DNA of 64,000 nt from Eledone cirrhosa (taxonomy: Eukaryota). The translations under genes were made by a program, and so were the position numbers. Of this stretch, positions 1-12,904 are shown one piece after another (positions within the stretch are counted from its first letter, which is position 1; each line of letters starts with the position of its first letter). The stretch spans positions 129,704,001 to 129,768,000 of the forward strand of contig OZ024745.1 in the NCBI GenBank assembly GCA_964016885.1, in the 5' to 3' direction. Under the pieces are notes generated by a model that was not told the origin of the DNA, did not search any database, and saw nothing but the letters and a program-made list of their open reading frames with translations.

Positions 1-1033
1 TCTCTTCCTCATTTCTTTGCCTGTCTCCTCTCTCTCCTATCCCTCTCTATCTCTTTCTCCCTCTCTATCTAAACTTCCTTTCTTTCTCTTCCTCGTTTCT
101 GTGTATCTCTCTCCTCACCCCTCTCTCTCTCTTTCTATCCCTCTCTGACTATCTAAACTTCCTTTCTTTCCTTTCCTCACTTCTTTGTCTCTTTCCACTC
201 TATCTCGCTCTATCTATCTAGCTAAACTTCCTTTCTTTCTCTTCCTCATTTCTATGTCCCTCTCTCCTCTCTCTCCTCTCTCTCCCTCTCTATCTATCTA
301 GCTAGCTAAACTTCCCTTCTTTTTCTTCCTCATTTCTATGTCCCTCTCTCCACTTTCTCCTCTCTCTCCTCTCTCTCTCTCTCTGTCTCTCTCTCTCTCT
401 CTATCTATCTGGCTAAACTTCCCTTCTTTCTCTTCCTCATTTCTATGTCCCTCTCTCCTCTCTCTCCTATCTCTTCTCTCTCTCCTCTCTTTCCTCTCTC
501 TCTCTATGTCCCTCTCTCCATTTTCACTTCTCTCTCTCTCTCTCACTCTCTCTATCTAGCTAAACTTACCTTCTTTCTATTCCTCATTTCTATGTCCCCC
601 CTCTCTCTCTCTCTCTCTCTCTATCTATCTCTCTATCTATCTAGCTAAACTTCCTTTCTTTCTCTTCCTCATTTCTATGTCCCTCTCTCCTTTCTCTCCT
701 CTCTCTCCCTCTGTCTCTCTCTCTCCCCCTCTGTCTCTCTCTCTCTCTCGCTCTATCTCTCTAGCTAAACTTCTTTTCTTTCTCTTCCTCATTTCTATGT
801 TCCTCTCTCCTCTCTCTCCTCTCTCTCCATCCGTCTCTCTCTCTATCTATCTATCTAAACTTCCCTTCTTTCTCTTCCTCATTTCTTTGTCCCTCTCTAC
901 TGTCTCTCCTCTCTTTCCCTCTCTCTCTATCTATCTATCTAAACTTCCTTTCTTTCTCTTCCTCACTTCTTTGCTCCCGCCCCCTTTCTCTCTCTCACTA
1001 TCTCTCTCTATTCCTCTTTGTCTATCTCTCTAA
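1..1033. repeat. CT-rich compound minisatellite with recurring core ctatctagctaaacttcc(c/t)ttctttctcttcctcatttctatgtccctctctcc separated by variable (CT)n
   Basis: Core seen about 10 times, e.g. near 65, 150, 215, 300, 405, 553, 638, 760, 850 and 935. Confidence 0.85.
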
Positions 1034-1175
1034 TTAACTATCTAACCCACATGGGCGGTAACACACAACTACAAGGAAACACATTCTAACCCCTCCTCCA
1101 CATATATATACATATATATACCCCCCACCCACATAAACAAATACCCAGACACACAGAGCCACCCAATCACGCACG

Positions 1176-1206
<31 letters not shown>

Positions 1207-1736
1207 ATATATATATATATATTCTGTAGCCTATGTATCATATCAATATCTCCCCCCGCCTTCTGAGATATTTTCACTGCTACAAGGGATTAATCCCCTT
1301 TCTTGACCGGTGTATCACGTGATAGAGTCTCCCTCCGCCTTTCTGAGATTTTCTCGCATGCTACGGACGTATGTAGTTAGGGTTCTTCCCTGAGGTGCTC
1401 CCTTGATAAGCTGGCTTACCTCACAACAATGTTACATATCTATGATATAACATTTTTGCATAGTGACCAGCGAAACTGTACAGTCGGGACTAAAGACAAA
1501 ATAGGTATATTGTATCTAGTATTCCTTTTTATAATATTTTACATAACTCTGATATTGTGTCAATTTAATTATTTCGATTATTTTGTCTCTCATAATCATA
1601 GAGTAACACTGGTTAAGGTCGACAACATACAATCTCACATACTTGTGAAAAATATGTTTATCTATACATGTATATGTATGTATACACATATATTTGTATA
1701 CCTCTCATTATTATATATATATATATATACGTGAGG

Positions 1737-1795
<59 letters not shown>

Positions 1796-2284
1796 TCTAC
1801 ACACACTCACCTATATCTGAGCACATATCTGTTTACCTACGAAAAAGTATGTACAACTAATATAAGCACCATGCAGTTAATTAATTTCATTTACCTGATT
1901 TTTTTCTCATTTTCTTTCATTTTAACTAAATTTTAAACTATATTTATCAAAATATATGCCGTGACCTAAATGCATTTACGTTTTCGTGTGATCGAATCAC
2001 TGATTTTCATTTTTTAAAAGTTATTTTTACCTTTTGACACATACCTTCACGAATATTTTAATTTATTTTGTAAATATCTGAAGATAGATTCCACTTACCT
2101 ATCCATTTTTAAACATTTTAATTACTTGTTATTTCAAGGGCACGATTTCCTCAATTCTTTATCTCTCTTACTTATATTTCTTTATTTTTCATGATGTATC
2201 TCTTCACATATATTTCCTTATTTACATAACTATCTCTCTTAATATATATATATATATATATATATTAAGAGAGATAGAGAGAGG

Positions 2285-2321
<37 letters not shown>

Positions 2322-2322
2322 G

Positions 2323-2359
<37 letters not shown>

Positions 2360-2544
2360 GGAAAAGGTGAAGTTGGAAATAGCACGGAAAATATATTTTA
2401 AGGACTGTTTTTATTTTTTTTCATTTCTTTGATTAGTCAAAGTGAAATTATTTAAAAAATGAGGGGGAGAGGTCTTTTACAAAAGAATTTTATAATGTAT
2501 ATAAAGTATACAAAGTATTACCAGTTTCGATGTATTAGTAAACA

Positions 2545-2874
2545 AGAGAGAGGTGCTGTACCCAGCAAATTTTATAAAAGGTGGGTGAATGTGGCAAAGA
2601 TGGCCCGAGTGGTTGGGCCTTCTTTCTATATATGCCTGTAGGTTGAGGAAAAAGAGGAAGAGAGGAAGGGAGTACTCACTCTTGGTGCTCTTGGAGATGA
2701 GGGTTGAACATGTTTTCGGGGTGTGTACAACCCCTGAGTAACGCCTATCCCCTGTTGGGGATTTCAATTGTTATTTGTTATTTTAATAATAGTTTTATTT
2801 TCATATACCTGTATGTAAACTCCCCATTTGTATTTGTCCTCTCCTTTTGTGCCCTTGTGGCTAATAAAGAAATT

Positions 2875-2875
<1 letters not shown>
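2545..2875 (+). mobile_element. 5'-truncated Tx1/L1-clade LINE 3' end (copy 1)
   Basis: Homologous to 3215-3535 (gagagaggtgctgtacccagcaa...gtgggtgaa.gtggc). Ends gcccttgtggctaataaagaaattt followed by (TC)n. Confidence 0.7.
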
Positions 2876-2950
<75 letters not shown>

Positions 2951-2966
2951 CATCTATCTATCTATC

Positions 2967-3537
2967 TGTGGGGCTATGTAGAACGACTATTGTCGCGGGT
3001 GGGACCAATCCGGTTGACCACCGAGTCCATTGTCATGATCAAACCGCCACCCTCCTTCAAAAACGAAGGAGAGGCGGTTTTCCTTTGTGTGATAGCTATG
3101 GCGAAAGAGGTTGTATGGTGGACGAGGTTGAAAGGACTGAGGTCAGACACCTTTCTCTCCGGCCAACAACTGATTCTTTTTTTCAAATACAACTTTGGAA
3201 GAAGAATCAGGATGGAGAGAGAGGTGCTGTACCCCAGCAAGTTTTATGAAAGGTGGGTGAAAGTGGCGAGAATGGCCCGAGTGAATGTGCCTTCTCTCTA
3301 TATCAGCCTGCAGGTTGAGGAAAAGGAGGAGGAGAGGAAGGGAGTACAAACTCTTCGTACTCCTGGAGATGAGGGTTGCACATTTTTTTCGGGGGTATGT
3401 GTTACCCATATGAGGGAAAATCGACTAATTTTTTAAATTGCATTTATGATAATATTTTACAAGTTTTTATTGTATGTAAACTTCCCTTTTTGTATTTGTC
3501 CCCTTCTTTTGTGCCCCTGTGGCTAATAAAGTAACAT
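2967..3537 (+). mobile_element. 5'-truncated Tx1/L1-clade LINE 3' end (copy 2) with ORF2 C-terminal remnant
   Basis: Open frame LWGYVERLLSRVG...AMAKEVVWWTR...FYERWVKV fits the Tx1-type ORF2 C-terminus (LW..V..LL / AK..IW..R / F..RW). AATAAA present, and (TATC)n lies on both flanks. Confidence 0.7.
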
Positions 3538-4173
3538 ATCTATCTATCTATCTATGTATATACATATATCTAATTTGGAAGCATGTACACATGTCAGAAA
3601 TAACGATTTTCCTCGTGAATTAATAAAACGATGGACATTCTAAAATTACATCACGTATTATATATGCATGGATTCATAAAATCATACATTTCTTTGTAAA
3701 TGAGCATGTGCCTGCGCCTAGCTATCTGCGAATGCTTATGTACATCTACCTACAAACCCATATGAACGATATCTCACATATACATGTGTGTGCGTATGTA
3801 TGTATATTTGTATGTTTTGTAATTGAGGTGCGTGCAGTGGAGTGAGAACTCCTATTCTTCATCAAGACATCTCTCTAAGAGAAGGTCACTCTAGTATAAA
3901 ACCTGCGACTTCGTTTGCTTCCAATGATGTAGGCTAGTTCTACTTTTTGGGTAAATGCATTCCATGCTCAGAGAGAAGGATTAGTTCCGTGCCAAGCCTT
4001 TCCTCACGTGAAAACTTCAAACACATGGATAGTTTGGTATCTGACATTCTTAAGTATCAAGTGATAGCATTACCTGAAATCGTGTAGCTGCCATCATGTT
4101 TTATGTATTTATTTATGTATATATGCATTTATGTATGTATATATGTATATAAGTATGTATGGATGGATGTATG

Positions 4174-4229
<56 letters not shown>

Positions 4230-4230
<1 letters not shown>

Positions 4231-4577
4231 CACCTGCAACCCTCATGGTATCCAATGATATTGACTTGTTCTTCTTTTTGGTAAATATCAACTTGGTTAA
4301 GAGAGTGGGACTGGCTTTGTGCAGTGCCTTTGCTCACTATCAAAGCTTCACGGCACAGGCATTGCTTTATATCTGGAGATCTCCCTGCACTTGTCGTCAT
4401 ATAGTACCATGGGCCCAGCACTATGTGTCAATAATTGTCACAAGTGTAGTGTTTGTACCAGAGTTTTCAAGTCGCTGGCTGGACTAAAAAGTTACACTCG
4501 TTCAGGGTATCGGTAGGGGTTCTCCTACATGGATATAAAGTAGTGGCCGTACTCGAAAACGAGTTGTCAGCCACCAT
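4230..4577 (+). mobile_element. RTE-clade LINE (or RTE-derived SINE) 3' fragment with degenerate C-terminal zinc finger
   Basis: Translation CSVCTRVFKSLAGLKSYTR resembles the RTE C-terminal C..C.R...S..GL.SH.R motif. Confidence 0.5.
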
Positions 4578-4878
4578 ATATATATGTATCTATGTATATA
4601 TGTATGTTCTTCTGGTTTTATAATTTCACAAAGTTTTGCCAATAGAGAGAGTGCGGGTTTCTAACATAGACACAAGACTCTCTCATTGGAATTTACACAA
4701 CATCAACTCGGAAGATATATATGCATGTCTGCATGTATGCATGTGTAGATATGGATGTTAATGTATGTGTGGATGTATTTGCTTTGAATTTTATGTGTGC
4801 ATGTGTATATGTTTTGTATCTGTACATGTGTATATGCAGCTATTAGATGCAACATTTTTGGAATGTTTTACATATTTC

Positions 4879-4912
<34 letters not shown>

Positions 4913-5104
4913 TGTATGTATGTATGTATGTATGAAGGTATGTAAATATGTATGTATGAATGTATGTATGCATGAAGGTGTATATGTAAATATGTATGAT
5001 GCATGTATGTTTCTGCATATGTGTGTATGTTTGGGTGTATGTATGGTTGTATGTATGTATGCATGTATGTATGTTTGTATGTATGTATGCCTCGGTATGC
5101 GTGC

Positions 5105-5170
<66 letters not shown>

Positions 5171-5699
5171 ATCTATGTATACGTGCATGCATATATGTAT
5201 GCATGCAAATGTGTAGTAAAGTGTGTTTACATATATTTATATAAACATACAAATCAATATAAGCAATATGGAGATAGTTATATCTTTCTGTTTGGTCTCT
5301 CAATTTTCGTCATATTACCTGAATTTGAAACTATATTTAGTCAGGAAAATCTATTTTGACCTAAATGCATATATATTTCCGCTTGTTTAAATCATTTATT
5401 GCAATATCGAGTATGTTCTTCTTACTGTGTTGCATACCTTCACGAGGAACTAAATAAATACTTTAAGCCAGCTTCTATCGACCGAGTAACTTAAAAAAAA
5501 AAGCCAACTAAACACAAATATTCTGACAATGTTATTTCAAGGACACGGTTTCAGCATTTCTTTTCTATATATATGTAGTTCTCTATAAGATTGTGAGTAT
5601 GTGTGGTGTGGTGTGGTGTGGTGTGGTGTGGTGTGGTTGTCTCTATGCCGGTATGTTTGTAAGTCTGTCTCCTTATTTCTCTCTCTCTCTCTCTCTCTC

Positions 5700-5782
<83 letters not shown>

Positions 5783-5884
5783 CTTTATATATACATGTAT
5801 ATATGTGGATATATATGTGGTAATGTCTCACACTGTTGCGATAAACTTATACACACACACATATACACACACAGACACGCACGC

Positions 5885-5930
<46 letters not shown>

Positions 5931-5998
5931 TTACCTGCATAGGGAATATATATTAGAATGCTGTTGAAGTTAGTATAAATATTTTGGTACATCCTGTA

Positions 5999-6068
<70 letters not shown>

Positions 6069-6077
6069 ATCTATCCA

Positions 6078-6116
<39 letters not shown>

Positions 6117-6119
<3 letters not shown>

Positions 6120-6397
6120 CTTAAAGAAGCTTCCAACAGCAATGGTTGCATTCTTTAATGGTATGTCAATATGTATTTATTTATAAAACTGATCTATATT
6201 ATATTTTATCTGATGAAAGCACACCATAATTTAACTTGGTGTCCTTGAATTATGTATAATGAAATAAATATGGTTTTATAAATATAGTTTCCATTTGTTA
6301 ATATCGTATTTTTACTCCATATATGTGTTGAGTGCTTTATATCAGTTATAAAAATATTTGCTTGTTGTATCCCAACAATTTAAATAGAACTTTTACG

Positions 6398-6398
<1 letters not shown>
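6117..6398 (+). mobile_element. PLE pLTR-like element, family A, (TA)n-flanked, with degenerate HHR at 6202-6266
   Basis: tattttat-CTGATGA-aag c acacca..tggtgt c ctt-GAAT(A>T)-T ATGT A TA-atgaaata. Homologous to 26399-26790. Confidence 0.7.
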
Positions 6399-6441
<43 letters not shown>

Positions 6442-6613
6442 GATGTGGTGGAGGTATAGAAAGGTTTTCCGTTGAGGGATTAACAGTGATCATTGTTAAA
6501 CCAGCTCATCAATATATTAAGTATAGATGTAGCCAAATATTTCTACACAAAATGGTCTTCCCTGATTTGATTGAACACATTTCAACTAAATGAAATATGG
6601 CCCTGTCCAAATG

Positions 6614-6661
<48 letters not shown>

Positions 6662-6663
<2 letters not shown>

Positions 6664-6788
6664 CACATTGATCACCTTGAGCGACCAGTCTGTCGGGCGT
6701 CCATTCGGCGCCGCTGGTCACAGTACGCCGTCCATTCCTCTCTGGATCGTGTTTTACTCATCCATGTAGTCCCAATCATATCTCTCAT
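6662..6788 (-). mobile_element. Possible RTE-like LINE 3' end between (TA)n tracts
   Basis: Minus frame IGTTWMSKTRSREEW resembles the RTE terminal W...A.DR..W motif. Short, GC-richer island. Confidence 0.35.
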
Positions 6789-6789
6789 A

Positions 6790-6875
<86 letters not shown>

Positions 6876-6962
6876 GTTACAATTTGCTAACAAACCAAAG
6901 ATGATCTAAAAGACGCCTAGTAAATAAATGAGTAAAATTTACTCACATTAATATTAATATTA

Positions 6963-7060
6963 AGGTTAACTTTGCCTTTCATACTTACAGGGTCGATAAA
7001 ATAAAGTACCAGTAATACACTTGTATAATTGTTGGCCTTGTGCCAAAAGTAGAAACAATT
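6963..7060 (+). mobile_element. tRNA-derived SINE family 1, 3' half
   Basis: ggttaactttgcctttcat...gtcgataaaataaagtaccagt...ggccttgtgccaaaagtagaaacaatt. Confidence 0.85.
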
Positions 7061-7348
7061 AATATTAATATTATATATACATATATATGTTTGTCCGTGC
7101 GTGTGTCTGTTTGCATGTAGCATTTTGGAGTTATTTCCCTTTCATACGCTATGTTTTTCAATAAACTAGTGTTTCTAACACCCATTACTTATACCGGTAT
7201 TTTATATACTCGTATAAGTGCCTAATTTCGATCCCTCTCGTATTCTGGAAATGTCGTCAGTACTGGGCCATGAAAGCCTGGGTAGCGCTTATATTCCGTA
7301 TATGAACATAAATAACATATATACATATATATATATATATATAGACAC

Positions 7349-7424
<76 letters not shown>

Positions 7425-7533
7425 TACACACACACATATATATAGTTAACCCTTCTCTATGTAAATACACACACTCATTAAAAACAACATACGACCGGAC
7501 TGGAAACCTTCTTTAAAATTTTAATTCGGCGAA

Positions 7534-7609
7534 AACACTATACATATTTCATTGGCCCAATTTCATCATCCGATCATGATGCAGGACTTAGACGATTTCC
7601 TCAGGAGTT
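7534..7609 (-). ncRNA. Type-I hammerhead ribozyme candidate
   Basis: Minus strand: aactc-CTGAGGA-long stem II (internal catcat/atgatg)-GAAA-T ATGT A TA-gtgtt. Helix I is 4/5 paired. Confidence 0.55.
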
Positions 7610-7811
7610 GATTGCAGTAATAGTGATATACTACAACAGGTCTACGGTGAACACAAATAGAGGATGGAAAATAGAGGATGGAAATGAGAGGATAGATTTG
7701 GCTCGGAGATGGCTTGCCAATTCGGTGTTATTGTAAAGGCAACGCATCCCCGAATTCGATTACACACACACACACACACACACACCACACACACACAAAT
7801 ATATATATATA

Positions 7812-8094
7812 ATTGGTGTTGGATGCTTAAAGCGTCCGTATGCGGTAGGCTGTATGAGCACTCGATGCTCTCATAGAGCAGAGTATGATATCACAGAAAA
7901 AATGACACTCAGTGTTGCGACGAATAGAATTTATTGGACATATTACAATCGTTTCTCTGGCGACCAGCTCGATGCACGATCGATGTGATGATCGAACCTG
8001 ACTCTGAAAATCGCAAGGTCCTCAGATACGTCTAGATTCTACGAAGCAGACTTTCCTAATGTCCTTTTACATCGATATCCTTCGCCTTTTTTCT

Positions 8095-8100
<6 letters not shown>
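7812..8100 (-). mobile_element. PLE pLTR-like element, family E, with HHR at 7938-8031 (minus), (TA)n-flanked
   Basis: Near-identical reverse complement of 11406-11572. Same CTGAGGA...GAAA C GATT G TA motif followed by AATAAA. Confidence 0.75.
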
Positions 8101-8182
<82 letters not shown>

Positions 8183-8431
8183 ATTACACTTCTCTGATCA
8201 GTTGCCATGATTCCTGTCCCGAATCATTTGTCTTGTCCAAGAAATGAATGGAAATCGGTACTACAATGGCAGTAGAATTTGATGGATGGGACCCAAGATT
8301 TTGGTTTCGCTTCTCTAAGCGTCTAATATCCAGACTGCTTATCTTTTCTTAACAGAACATAACTCCCTGTCGCAAAGCATGTTGTCCGACGCTCTTACAA
8401 GACTGCCAATCTACCGCCCTGACCCAGGAAG

Positions 8432-8965
8432 TAATAATGGGTTCTTATATAGGCACAATGCCAGCAATTTTGGGGGAGGGGAAAGTCTATTAAATCGACC
8501 CCAGTGCGTGACTGGTACTTTATTTCATCGACCCCGTAAGGGTGAAAGGCAAAGTTTACCTTAACGGGATTTTAACTCAGACAATAAAGGGTCGTAACTC
8601 TATGCTGCAAAGCATGGCATCCGACCCTCTACTGATACTGCCAATCCACCGTGCTTGAGCCAGGAAGTAATAATAGAAGGAAAAACAAAGTTCAAATAAT
8701 AGAAGAGATTCTTGAAAAAAATTTATAAAAAAATAAAATTGAAAGAGAAAGGATTGAAGAATGAAATAAGGAAATATGCAGAATAATTGTTTCTACTTTT
8801 GGCACAGGGCCAGCAATAATACCACTGCATTACTGGTATTTTATTTTATCGATCCAGTAAGGATGAAAGGCAATGTTAACCTTGGCGCGATTTGAACTCG
8901 GACGGTAAAGGGACGTAACTATGCTGGAAAGCAAGGTGTCCGACTGTACCGATACTGACAATCCA
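8432..8965 (-). mobile_element. Two tRNA-derived SINE family 1 copies (8432-8655, 8783-8965)
   Basis: Reverse complement of the SINE1 consensus (ctggtactttattt(t)atcga..cc.gtaagg.tgaaaggcaa...gatttgaactc). Confidence 0.85.
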
Positions 8966-9720
8966 AGAAAAATACAGAACAAGTATGTCGCTTCTGGAAG
9001 GGTAGACTCTCGTATATATAAAATAAAATATAGTAGCATTTATCGATTGACTAATAGAAATATAGGAGGAGAATTATTTGGATAGATAGGTAGTAAGAAA
9101 GATAGATAGACAGACGAATACATAGACCTATCTGTGGAGACTGGGTAGAAGAAAATTAAATTAAATTTAAATTTAATAATCAAGAAAGGTCTGTTTTAGT
9201 AAGCTAAGAATTGATAATTCATCAAAACTTCTATGATTTCCCAAAAGTTTCAGAGAAATTCTTATCAAGAATTTTCAACGTGAATTTGACAATATATATT
9301 ATTAATATATGATAAACAAAAGTGAAAAAAAAAAAAAAAAATTAATGCCCTTCAAAGAGAAGTAAAACTGCAAAATAATTTGAATGACTGAATATATATT
9401 ACATAACTCTGCAAAATACACAGAGTGAAGGAAACAATTAACAAGTATCTTTCTGTTTCCCATATATATATAAACAATATATAAACGGACACGTGAATGC
9501 GCACGCACACAGCACAGCAAGTACAGGCACACACAGAAGCCTTCTTCAGAGACAGCTTGAGAGAAGGGTTTTAAGTGTTAAATAAGTACAACTATATGTA
9601 TACATGAAGAGATAGATAGATAGAGGAATAAATAGATAGATATATAGATGACCAGATAGATACATAGATAGATAGATAAATAAATAGATAGCAATAAATA
9701 AATAGAGAGATAGATAGATA

Positions 9721-9810
9721 TCTTTATTTGCCACAGTGGCGTATATAAATGGGACATTACAAGACGTGACGGCGGGGGTTTTACATACAAATCATATAAC
9801 TTTAACATTA
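9721..9810 (-). mobile_element. Tx1-like LINE extreme 3' end (copy 3)
   Basis: Reverse complement gtatgtaaaaccccc...gccactgtggcaaataaagatatctatc matches the 3' end at 3472-3545. Sits within (GATA)n. Confidence 0.6.
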
Positions 9811-10233
9811 ATAGATAACTAGATTGATAGATAGATTTGCTAATAGATTACAATGAATATAGATTGTAATTTATTTAATAGCAAAATATAACTTTGTTTC
9901 TCTTGTATACTTATGTGCCTTTATCGTCATGTATATGCGCAAGTGTGCAATGTGTATTGATGGTATGGAGAATTTTTGTCCCGCCACCTTTCGAATTTAA
10001 AGACGAAAAATATACATTAAATATGAGTATGGTAATAATATAGAGTGTAAAAACTAAATGGTGCTAATGCGTGCCTAATATGCAGCGTGAAGATAGACAA
10101 AAAAATATCAGTTAGCAACAACTAACTATGCCTGTCGCTTAGAAGAAATGAGATCACATCTCAGCATTGATATCAATATATTTTATTACTGAAACAGTAG
10201 GAGGAAAGTAAAACTTTTCACCATATATTCAGA

Positions 10234-10606
10234 CTAACGATGGCGTAGCTTGGCAAATACCAGTGCTTGGAATTAATTTTTGGGTGTTAGGTTGGTTTAA
10301 TGAAGTAGAATGAAATCTATAGATAATGAAAACAACCACAAAGATATGGTCCGAACGTGGAAGAGCCGAACTCCCACTGCCATCGCCTCCATCTATCTCG
10401 CCCTCCCCATCTCTCTGTATGGTGAGCAAATGGGGCCCCACGTGCTGGCCTCCCCATAGCCCCGGCGGACAGAATGGAGAAGGTTTTTCCTCGGAGGATG
10501 GTTGTTGTGTTCATTATCTATAGAGTTCGTTCTACTACATTAAACCAGCTTAAAACCCCAAAATAGATTCCAAGCACTGGTATTTGCCAAGCTACACCAT
10601 CGTTAG
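10234..10606. mobile_element. Fold-back/MITE-like element with about 105-bp imperfect inverted arms and a GC-rich spacer
   Basis: ctaacgatggcgtagcttggcaaataccagtgcttggaat... (10234-10338) mirrors ...attccaagcactggtatttgccaagctacaccatcgttag (10501-10606). Confidence 0.7.
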
Positions 10607-11208
10607 AACGAAGGCTCCTCGGGACATTAGAGTTTGTGAAATACATGTAATGCATATTCGATACATTCAGTTATCGATGAAAAGTGGGTTGTCCAGTGAA
10701 ACAAATTCTCCTGTTAATCAAAAATTAAATCATTTTTCGATGGAACTGGATCATGGGTTAGGTGGAACATAACGAACCTGATTTCAGTATAAAATCATGT
10801 CAAACTGTGTGCCATCGTTGCAATAGTTCTTTGTTCCTTATATTTTGTTGCAGAACTAACATGCTTTTCAATTCCGAAATAGATTTGAAAGACTGATTGT
10901 CCGGGTGTCTCTTCAATTTGTAGCGTTTGGGGAGGTAATTTCGAAGTCTATGTAAATAATTTTGACAGAGACACATATGCTTCTGAAGATATGTAAATAT
11001 GAATACGTCATATTGTGTGAACATTCGGGACAAGTCTGTATAATCTTGCAGCATTTTCAAGGATATAGATACATGTAAACTTGAATACATGTCAAAGGTC
11101 TACAATTGGAAGAGGAACAAAACTTGTTTTCTATGTGGACATCACAGACAGAGAGAGAGACACATAAACACACAGACACACACATACATACATATATATA
11201 TATATAGT

Positions 11209-11258
<50 letters not shown>

Positions 11259-11405
11259 CTGTGGTGCTGAGAACTAGCATACCACTAATCATAAGAGTAC
11301 TCAATGCAGGGGGAGATGCAGAGTGGATACAGAGATAGGGAAAATCCTCACTTCTGCCCCAAGCGGTCGCGATTTGCATCTCTCTTTCTGATATATATAT
11401 ATATA

Positions 11406-11572
11406 GGAAAATCTGCTTCCTAGAATCAAGACGTATCTGAGGACCTTGCGATTTTCAGAGTCAGGTTCGATCATCACATCGATCGTGTCTTGAGCTGGTC
11501 GCCAGAGAAACGATTGTAATATGTCCAATAAATTCTATTCGTCGCAACACTGATTCTCTTTTTTTCTGTGAT
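11406..11572 (+). mobile_element. PLE pLTR-like element, family E, (TA)n-flanked
   Basis: Inverted homolog of 7890-8058. Contains HHR and AATAAA. Confidence 0.75.
11431..11524 (+). ncRNA. Type-I hammerhead ribozyme candidate with long stem II
   Basis: acgtat-CTGAGGA(11437-43)-ccttgcgatt...ggtcgccaga-GAAA(11507-10)-C GATT G TA-atatgt, then AATAAA at 11527. Confidence 0.7.
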
Positions 11573-12058
11573 ATATATATATATATATATAGTATAAAAG
11601 AAAAAACACAGGTAAGCATTAAGAGAAGGATTTTATCCAGGTATTTACGACCGTTTCATTGGTAAGTGCAACCTTATATTGCTATACTGCAAATAGCAGC
11701 CACTCAATTATAATTGTTGTTCACAGTCCAAATTTTCAAAATAGTGAGTAAGTTACTCTTGAAATAATTCTTAATATATAGAGAAAAACATTTATTTGGA
11801 ATTGTATTTACTAGTATAGAGAGAGAGGAATCAGAAGGTGAGGGGACAAACGGAATAATATAGAGAGAGAGGAAGGGGGAAGAGATAGGAAGTAGAGTGA
11901 CAAACTGAGATGGAGGGAGGGGTAGAGGTGGAAGGATTCTTTGGTCAGTTTTGATAGCAGACTTCATGACGTGGAATGTAGTAAGTTAAAGAGAATTAAA
12001 TTGATCATAGTGGGATGGATGGATAGAGAGGGAGAGAGAGAGGGGGGGGGGTATAAAG

Positions 12059-12102
<44 letters not shown>

Positions 12103-12329
12103 AAGATAAAGATAATAATGACAAAAATAAAAGCAAAGAAGGGGGTGAGAAAGAAGAAAAGAAAAGATAGCCAAGAAGGGGAGGGACGGAAGAAAACGAA
12201 GAAATAGAAGAGGAATGAGGGAGAAGAGGGGGATATATGTATTGGTTTTGTGGGTAATTAAAAGGGTTTAGATACAACAAGAGAGTATAAAGTCTAAGTA
12301 TATGAAGTTTGTCAGTTGGTAGTAAGAGG

Positions 12330-12821
12330 TTAAGGTTTCGATTTGTAGTGCGAAAACTTCTCTTTGAGTCTATGGTTACAATAAATTGATCTTTCGATTT
12401 TATTGTTGAGTAACTTATTCTTCGAACTCAAGATGTTGAACAGATCAAGGTCACATAATCGACAGCTTCTCATACCACTCCGATATGGGGGCGCATTCGA
12501 TAATCTTTTCCACTTCAGGGTGTATTGATGGTTACTTTCCCTCAGTTGCCAGGTCTTGTTTGCAAGGGTAGTTACATAACGATGCTGGGAATGTTTCATT
12601 GCGTAACGGTGTGTATACCAACGGGCTTTAAATGTATTCCCAATCGCTCCGATGTAATACCATTTCTGGTTGTCTGATTCCACTGTGCATTGGTAAACCA
12701 GGTTAGACTGCATACATTCATTATGTAATGGACAGGTTTCAGGTAGGTGGCAGTTACAATTCTTGTCATGGGTAACTTTGAAACTGGCTTTCTTAACCAA
12801 GAACTGGATCACAATAAGCAA
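12330..12821 (-). pseudogene. Penelope-like element C-terminal GIY-YIG endonuclease fragment (CNC..CP..C linker, CxxC and terminal CxH; Naiad-like by recollection)
   Basis: KNCNC..ETCPLHNEC..NLVYQC..YYIG..FKARW..H..TTLA..W..W..CRLC..LNNK.E..CNHR. Cut off on the N-terminal side by a (TA)n tract at 12839. A long pyrimidine-rich 3' region runs to (TA)n at about 11590. Confidence 0.8.
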
Positions 12822-12833
12822 TGTTTTGCTTCT

Positions 12834-12904
<71 letters not shown>

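Noticed and set aside
10980-11015. CTGAAGA..GAAT motif (also isolated CTGATGA at 25761 and 44208)
   Set aside because: No supporting helices; expected by chance
10800-11090. 96-aa non-repetitive minus ORF
   Set aside because: No motif recognised; length is within chance expectation
12330-12821. Selenocysteine recoding reported for some PLE lineages
   Set aside because: No in-frame TGA at Cys positions in this fragment, and no SECIS could be identified by eye
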